Below, in pieces: positions 26,200-32,000 of a stretch of 32,000 bases of DNA. Under the pieces are notes generated by a model. That model was not told the origin of the DNA. It did not search any database and saw only the letters and a program-made list of their open reading frames with translations. The stretch covers positions 1,680,001 to 1,712,000 of the forward strand of contig NC_002677.1 in assembly GCF_000195855.1 (NCBI RefSeq). Direction: 5' to 3'. Within the stretch, counting starts at the first letter, position 1; every line of letters begins with the position of its first letter. The DNA comes from Mycobacterium leprae TN (GTDB lineage Bacteria > Actinomycetota > Actinomycetes > Mycobacteriales > Mycobacteriaceae). The position numbers and the translations under genes were made by a program.

Positions 26200-28013
26200 G
26201 TGACCCGAGAGAAATGAAGAGCAAAAAGAGGGACATTGTAGCCAAGGTAGGGTGTCATTGAGCTTTCCACGAGATGGCACAAAGTAACGCGCAGGGAAAC
26301 AGGACATGCGTGAGCAGGCTGTGGCGATGACCGGGATCGGAGCAATACCTGGGTACGGCTGGGGCACCAGAGTATCTGTGGGAGGTTTTGTTGAGCGGGA
26401 AGCCACCTGCCACCCTGCTATGGCTGGCTCAGGTTAGCGATGTGATGTACAGTGATCCTGACGACGAAGCCAGCCTTGCGGCGCGCGAAGCAATCACCTA
26501 CCTATGCGTTGGAGCCCGGATGGACTCCGGCCAACAGGTGGGCGTGGTCCATGAGGTTGTCGTGTCTGAGCTCGAGGAATGGGGGAACGTCCACTGCCAG
26601 GACGGTGGACGGCGTCGAGTCCGCGACTATCTCGTTCTGATGCCGTCCAGACCGGTGTCGCTGCTGATGCAGGAATACCGAGGTCTCACCTCACATACAC
26701 CGTGTTGTCGGTACCGTCTATATCGAAATAAAGCCGCACAGTGAGGAAATGCTGATGATATGATGCACGGGTTCGCTGATCTACCAACGTCCCGTACTAG
26801 TGTTCCTCACCGTCGTGCAGATGTGTGGTCACCATCATACCTGTTTCAGGAAATTCACATTCGATGTTATCTGTCCTGACAGAAGCGTCAGTAGATCAGG
26901 TATTCGTAGTTGGTGACGGTGGCGTGAAAGGATGCTGTGTGCCGGCGCATCCAGAGGATGCACGCGCCGGTATCGAGGTAGACGTGCTTCCACAATGCCG
27001 CGTTAATTTTTCACGGATGCAAATGGTGTGTTTTGATTGTTTAGGACTCACCCTTGCTGTCTTGCAAGACCCCACTCGCCGATGTCAAACGCTGTACGAC
27101 GGTAGTGATCATCCCAGTGATCGCGGTACAGTACCCCCATATCGGTGAATGATATGCGGTGGGCGATCGGAACGTATTCGGCCGTGATCGTTGTACATGA
27201 CAGCATGCAGCATCATCCCCTCGCGATAGTTGAAACTGACTCGCAACAAACAGTTTTGCCATTGCGACTGATTTTTGATGATGATGATGAGCAACGGATC
27301 GTTGGGCTGCGTGATCTGCAGTGGCATCCTAGTAATCGATTCGAGCAGGAGTTTGTGATTGTCCCGAGAAAGATTATTCGGCCACTACCTCCGATGAGCT
27401 TTTGTGGTTCACCTTCCTCAAGTTCGAGCAGTTCCATCGTGTTTAAATCGATCACGCAGTGCAATTCCGTGAGATGGTGATAGGGATTGGCGTCGCCCGA
27501 CGACTTGACCCAGATGTTCGCCCAGGCGAGCCGACGGCCACGGTAAACTTCGGGGATCGTGATGTCTCTATAAGTTGACACATCCATGAGCACGCTGTCC
27601 ATGTCGGTGACACCGTATCTGTGCGATGCCGCGACCACGGCAGGATGGGTGCGCAACAGCTCACCCATCCTATGGCCACTCGTTAACCGCCGTGTTCGCC
27701 TGCACCCCGGCTATATAGTCAACGACGCGACTGGGTCATCGGACAACGAAAACAGTACTTTGAACCAGGACTTTGCATGTGCAGTTCGCATCGCTGTTGT
27801 AGCAAACGATGACCGCGAATCGATCCGATACCGGGCCGGTGTCGTCGAAAGTCGTGACCTGTACAATTTGTTTGGCTCCTCGAGTTCTATCAAGGCAAAG
27901 ACCACTTGGCCGTCTACTCCCTGGTTGAGCCGCAGAATCGTGACCGCCTACCGGAACTCATGCTCGCGAGGGGGTAACGTGGGTGAAAACATTCGGGTAA
28001 GGGTGCCGGTCAT
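26200..28013 (-). pseudogene. copper-containing (topaquinone) amine oxidase pseudogene
   Basis: Remnants are collinear over about 1.8 kb. N-terminal: LPPREHEF..AVTILRLNQGVDGQVVFALIELEEPNKL. Then HPAVVAASHRYGVTDMDSVLMDV..RRLAWANIWVKSSGDANPYHHLTELHCVIDLNTMELLELEE. Then PLQITQPNDP...WQNCLLRVSFNYREGMMLHAVMYNDHGRIRS. Then TVTNYEYLIY, HQHFLTVRLYFDIDGTDNTV, and at the C-terminus PIPVI..FPARYFV...KLNDTLP. There are many frameshifts and stops. A (GAT)4 run at 27277-27290 replaces part of the coding sequence. Confidence 0.75.
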
Positions 28014-28329
28014 ACCTCATCCTGGCAAGACCTATCAATTCCTGGTAACTAGGCATGTCTATGAGCTGCTAATAGCCTATCCCTCACGCCAACGATCCGT
28101 GTCGGAAAACACTTCGACAAAGTCGAACTGCGCCCCCTTGCCATCTAAAACCCGTTGTTATAAGGGCTTGCACCACCGCGATTCTGCGTTGCTGACACCG
28201 ACGCAGATGTCATATTTATCATTTGCTTAATCCATCTGAGACGATGCGTCGGGGGCTATACCGCTTGTCCGGATTGCTTCAGCACCGGCAACTGCGGCAC
28301 GCACTGGCAGAGTATCTACTGAGCAATCA

Positions 28330-29260
28330 GGCAATGGACACGCAACACTGCCACCACACCCACAAGACACGCCACAGAACGTGACCGTGCTTTACATTTG
28401 GGCGCAAGCCGGATGACGGCTCACGAGGCGGAATCAGGTTGACGACAGGCAGCGAGGTCAGTCCGTAGACGTTGACAGACGGAATGCCTCGTCGGCGACG
28501 TTGATATCGCGCAGTGCCCGGGGAGCCAATCCACGTTCCGGCATCAGTAGGCCGGGCCCGTTGGCTACCAGAATCTCGCTCGATCGACGCAGTTAGGCAC
28601 CCGGCACTTGCGATTGCCGCACCACGACGAGCTATGTGGATTCTGACTTTTCGACGAGCTATCACGCCGGCTGATCGCATACGAACAGTCGGTTCATCGT
28701 CAAATCCGGATACCGCTCTTGCCAACCGGCCAACCATTCTGTGAGATGGCGCTCTGCCGCTGACACCACCCCGGGCCAGTCCAAGCCCAGAAGTTCAAAT
28801 ACTGTTATGTCGCTTCACGCGTGCAAGGCGATCAGATCGATTCCCATACGCGACACTTCGTCGAACGCGAGCCGTGGCAAGGTCAGAAGCCGGTGAACTG
28901 TCGATTCCCAACAGGACAGGAGCATGCTGTAGATTCGGCATCAATAGACCTTCATTACGGATGACGGCGACCGAGCAATTGGCGTGCCGAACCAAGTAAA
29001 TCCCAGACTAATGTACCCCGGTCAATGCCGCCGAAAACCATCATTTGTGCCTTACTGGACATTTCGGCCAGCGCTTCGGCACTGGAGCCGAAAATACGAC
29101 CTCACTTTTGACGATGGCCCTTCGTTTCGCCGACATGGCGTCTTCGGCGATTTTTTGGCTACGTGTACCACGACCTTGCGGTCCTCCTCTTCCAGCCAAA
29201 TCCCGAAAGAGTCCGGGTCCGGGACTGGCGGTTAAGTTGCGGCGGCGACAATAACCACGT
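28330..29260 (-). pseudogene. tandem-domain universal stress protein (UspA family) pseudogene
   Basis: VIVAAAT*PPVPDPDSFGIWLEEEDRKVVVHVA compares with GIVVGVDGSPxSxxAxxWAxxEAxxRxxxLxLVHV. VRHANCSVAVIRNEG..APVLLGIDSSPASDLATA compares with xxHAxCPVAVVR....APVLVGIDGSPASExA, which is the junction of the two USP domains. The second domain is badly degraded. Confidence 0.65.
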
Positions 29261-29420
29261 TGACCACAGTCAGTGAATTGTTTCTCTCCCTCAATAATAA
29301 GCAAGGGCAGAAGCCAACACACTCATCGTCGTGAGGCTTTAGTCCTCAACCACGCAGACAGAGGACCTTCGCTGGACCCGGTTGGGATCATCGGGGTTAT
29401 CGGCATGACCTTATCGCGAG

Positions 29421-29458
29421 ACATATCTATCTATCATATATATGATAGATAGATATGT
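29421..29458. repeat. 38-bp perfect palindrome ACATATCTATCTATCATATATATGATAGATAGATATGT
   Basis: The sequence is read directly and its two 19-nt arms are exact reverse complements with no spacer. It contains (TATC)3/(GATA)3 arms around an (AT)n centre. It lies in non-coding DNA between the USP pseudogene and an unassigned decayed stretch. Confidence 0.95.
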
Positions 29459-30506
29459 TGCATGTTTGCCAACAACACGATCCCCGTCCCGCATCATGCA
29501 CCAATACCCTTTGCTGCCCAACACTTTCTGCGGGAGATCACCAGCGACAGGTACTTGAGGACGAGAGGAACCTCTTAGCCGACCGTCAGGCCGGCTGTGT
29601 CATGTCACGAAGTCGATAGCTCGTCAGTCCGGCTGATCAGCGCCGGCGCCAGATCGTTCCAATCACGCACCAACAACTCAGCCGCCAAGCACTGGCGATT
29701 TTTTTGCCTGGTCATGGTGCAAGCAAGTACAGGACCTGACATGCGCCGTGCTGCCACTCAAAATATACCGTGGCACGTTGGACCAAGCCGTCAGGACCAG
29801 TCGCTGCGACTTCACGACCTGCCAGATATCGACAAACATACGGGGACCGACGACGAAGGTGTTAGGACCGCCTGGTCCCCGGCGCACCGCATCGGCGATC
29901 CGCGCCCCCTTCGACTCTGGGCCACTAGGTGGTCCACGAGAACGCCGGCCAGTGTGCCGGCCCAGTCCGGCGCACTGGCACAATATTCATATTCACAAGC
30001 CCGTCTCATGCCACCGAGGTGCTCAACAACGACATCTTCACTTCGCAGATCGCCCCCCGACACACACACCTGCGCAATGAGTTCGGTGTCGTGACGGCCC
30101 GCAACATAGATTCGACTGGCACGGGCATCCAACACCGTGACCGAACCATAGCCTGTCCGGCCCGCGGTAACCGGCGTAGCGCGGTCGGGAATCACCGGAC
30201 AACCCTCAAGCAGAAAACCCCAGTTAGCGAAAAGCCACAGGTGTGCCCGGTGCCGTTCTTCGAGGTCGATACGACCCTATTCGACTCGGACTACAGCGCC
30301 AACAGAGCCAAGCACGACATCCCCCAAGCCCGCACTCAGCTCCACTATGTGCTCAATCGAGCGGAGTCGGCATCGACCTCGACAAGGACGTCTGTTCCAT
30401 GACGAATCAGCCACCCGGCACAATACCTAGGAAACCTTGTGCGCCATCATCTTCGCAATGCGCCGTTGCGTAGCCCAGAACTGCTTACTACTCCGCGGGG
30501 GATTTT

Positions 30507-31496
30507 TTACAAGCCAGCCGACCGCGTAACCGGGCGGCCACAAGCCGTCAGATATTCAGTGTAATTCCACGTCTTCAAAAACTGTTGACCCGCCTGTAAT
30601 CCGCTTTGATAGAGCGCTTGCCGCTGCTCGACGGTGATGTTGAAGTCGATCGGACTCACCTCGTCTGCAGGCACAAAGATAGTACGTAACATGGTACATG
30701 AATCGTCGATGTATGCATTGTCCTGGTTACTCACCAAGGTCTCAATAGCAGCGATTCCCAACGACACTGGCCCACGCACCGGATGGGTAGGCGGAATGCC
30801 AGGACGAGCCGACAGTCGAATCCCGAATGTCGGCCATCGCGCATCACCGTCAGACCGGTCGAATAACTCCACCGGAAAAGTTGACAACAATCCGCCGTCG
30901 ACCCAGGTCGCGCCAGCCACCTGAACCGGTTCGAACACATACGGAATCGCCGACGAAGCGTGTACTGCGCGTGCCACTGAGAAGTCGTCCGGGTTGATGC
31001 CGTAGGCATCAAGGTCCCACGGGATGCGCACCAATCGACGTCGCGACAAATCACTGGCAGTCACGACCAGCGACCAGGCAAACTGTTCGGGCTCCTCACC
31101 GGTACGTAAGTCACCGAAGGTATACACGCCTAAGTCGCCGAGCAAACTGGTTAGCCACTCTTCGAGATAGGCCCCTTGGTAGACTCCATCCGACACTAGT
31201 AGCGACAGCCCGCCACCTATTAAAGGCACCCGCCCAATCAAACTACGGTCAAAGAATTTCCGATAGTCGATGGTGCGCATCACTTCAGCAAGCCGAGTCA
31301 GCGGCTCACCAGCGGTCTGCAAGGCGGCGATCAACGATGCAACAAGCGCGCCCGCGCTAGTCCCCGCCACACGAGGAAATCGGTAACCTGCCGTGGCCAG
31401 TGCGTCTACCGCTCCGACCAAGCCAATCCCGCGAATTCCGCCACCTTGACACACCAAGTCGGCATGCACAACACTCACAATTACTAAATATAGCAC
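30507..31496 (-). CDS. patatin-like phospholipase
   Basis: The oxyanion motif GGGIRG, the nucleophile elbow GTSAG (G-x-S-x-G) and the catalytic Asp in VDGG are all present, in patatin order. The maximal ORF starts at GTG 31496. GTG 31469 (VHADLVCQGGG...) is an equally plausible start. Confidence 0.9.
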   Translation of the reverse strand: MLYLVIVSVVHADLVCQGGGIRGIGLVGAVDALATAGYRFPRVAGTSAGALVASLIAALQTAGEPLTRLAEVMRTIDYRKFFDRSLIGRVPLIGGGLSLLVSDGVYQGAYLEEWLTSLLGDLGVYTFGDLRTGEEPEQFAWSLVVTASDLSRRRLVRIPWDLDAYGINPDDFSVARAVHASSAIPYVFEPVQVAGATWVDGGLLSTFPVELFDRSDGDARWPTFGIRLSARPGIPPTHPVRGPVSLGIAAIETLVSNQDNAYIDDSCTMLRTIFVPADEVSPIDFNITVEQRQALYQSGLQAGQQFLKTWNYTEYLTACGRPVTRSAGL

Positions 31497-31565
31497 TATT
31501 ATGTCAGTTTATCTGGTGCGCAGCACGCGGACTAAGTCCTACTCAGTCCTAACTGAACGAGGTGC

Positions 31566-32000
31566 TCAAGAAATTCGATGGCCATCAACGCCGAAGAAAT
31601 GCACATTCCCGGGTTCTGTATACAGACGAACGCGGCTGCCCTTTGCCGGCGGGTTTCGGCCGTCGACGCGTGCAACGACAAGTTGGTCGGTTACTTTGCT
31701 GGCACCTGCGATTCGGCCATATAGATAAGCATCGGCCCCGAGCTCTTCGACCATGTCGATCTCCACTTCGACACCGAGGCTGCCCAGCTCGAAATGTTCG
31801 GGACGGACGCCGATGATGACCTCGCTTGCGGCGCTGGCGATTTCACGCGGTATGCGAATCGGCCAATCCCCCAGCAAAACAGAGGAATCGACGATCGAGA
31901 GGGTGACCAAGTTCATTCCGGGAGACCCTATGAATCCTGCGACAAAAACATTCTCGGGTTTGTGATAAAGTTCACGAGGCGTAGCGAACTGTTGTAACAC
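31566..32000 (-). CDS. sugar-type ABC transporter ATP-binding protein, C-terminal part only (runs off the window)
   Basis: LQQFATPRELYHKPENVFVAGFIGSPGMN is followed by a MalK/UgpC-type C-terminal regulatory (TOBE-like) domain (IIGVRPEHF...VARVDG...G..V.L). The N-terminal Walker motifs lie outside the window. Confidence 0.85.
   Translation of the reverse strand: MLQQFATPRELYHKPENVFVAGFIGSPGMNLVTLSIVDSSVLLGDWPIRIPREIASAASEVIIGVRPEHFELGSLGVEVEIDMVEELGADAYLYGRIAGASKVTDQLVVARVDGRNPPAKGSRVRLYTEPGNVHFFGVDGHRIS

Noticed and set aside
27277-27290. A (GAT)4GA microsatellite.
   Set aside because: It is real but short and lies within a pseudogene. It is mentioned under the amine oxidase finding rather than as a separate VNTR locus.
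29590-30480. Several 100-165 aa ORFs on both strands. On the minus strand there are faint resemblances to DinB/MDMPI-type (SAPDWAGTLAGVLVDHLVAQ) or erythromycin-esterase/phosphoribosyltransferase-type proteins.
   Set aside because: The similarities are too short and mutually inconsistent to call a family by eye. I treat the stretch only as unassigned decayed DNA, and it needs BLASTX or HHpred.
24354-31496. A GGDEF nucleotide cyclase and a patatin-like phospholipase lie on the same strand. This is superficially reminiscent of CBASS (cyclase plus CapV-type patatin effector).
   Set aside because: The two genes are 4.4 kb apart, separated by at least two unrelated pseudogenes. The cyclase is a PAS-sensor GGDEF protein, not a CD-NTase. 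The patatin gene is paired with an ABC transporter gene in what looks like conserved mycobacterial synteny. There is no operon structure or accessory defence genes.

Overview
This is a high-GC actinobacterial chromosome segment. By gene content, order and extreme pseudogene load it reads as a Mycobacterium leprae-type genome (M. leprae or M. lepromatosis). All homology calls are made by eye and from memory of M. tuberculosis orthologues; no searches were run. Intact genes form islands: pheS-pheT (1064-4596, +); the complete arginine operon argC-argJ-argB-argD-argF-argR-argG-argH (7672-16296, +) with an ARG box at its 5' end; a cdh-like CDP-diacylglycerol pyrophosphatase convergent with a thioredoxin-fold CxxC protein (19561-21244); a triple-PAS GGDEF diguanylate cyclase (24354-26045, -); and a patatin-like phospholipase plus the 3' end of a MalK/UgpC-type ABC ATPase (30507-32000, -). 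The rest is decayed DNA. I can recognise a class III cyclase, two PE-family genes, an IS256-family and an IS3-family transposase, a type III PKS (pks10-like), a type I PKS KS domain (pks7-like), an NAD-binding protein, a copper amine oxidase and a tandem universal stress protein. All of these are broken by frameshifts, stops or deletions. I found no rRNA, tRNA or CRISPR array. I could not recognise a novel multi-gene system. The most unusual structures are listed here. (1) Related ~43-nt elements sit exactly at the argB/argD and argD/argF junctions, each bracketed by a duplicated NTGAC stop/start motif and bridged or formerly bridged by a mini-ORF. An analogous split occurs at argG/argH. (2) Two perfect AT-rich palindromes (20 bp and 38 bp) share a 16-bp core and lie 23.6 kb apart in decayed spacers. 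(3) A 26-bp imperfect direct repeat shares 11 nt with the ARG box. (4) A DosR-box-like palindrome lies in front of the patatin gene.
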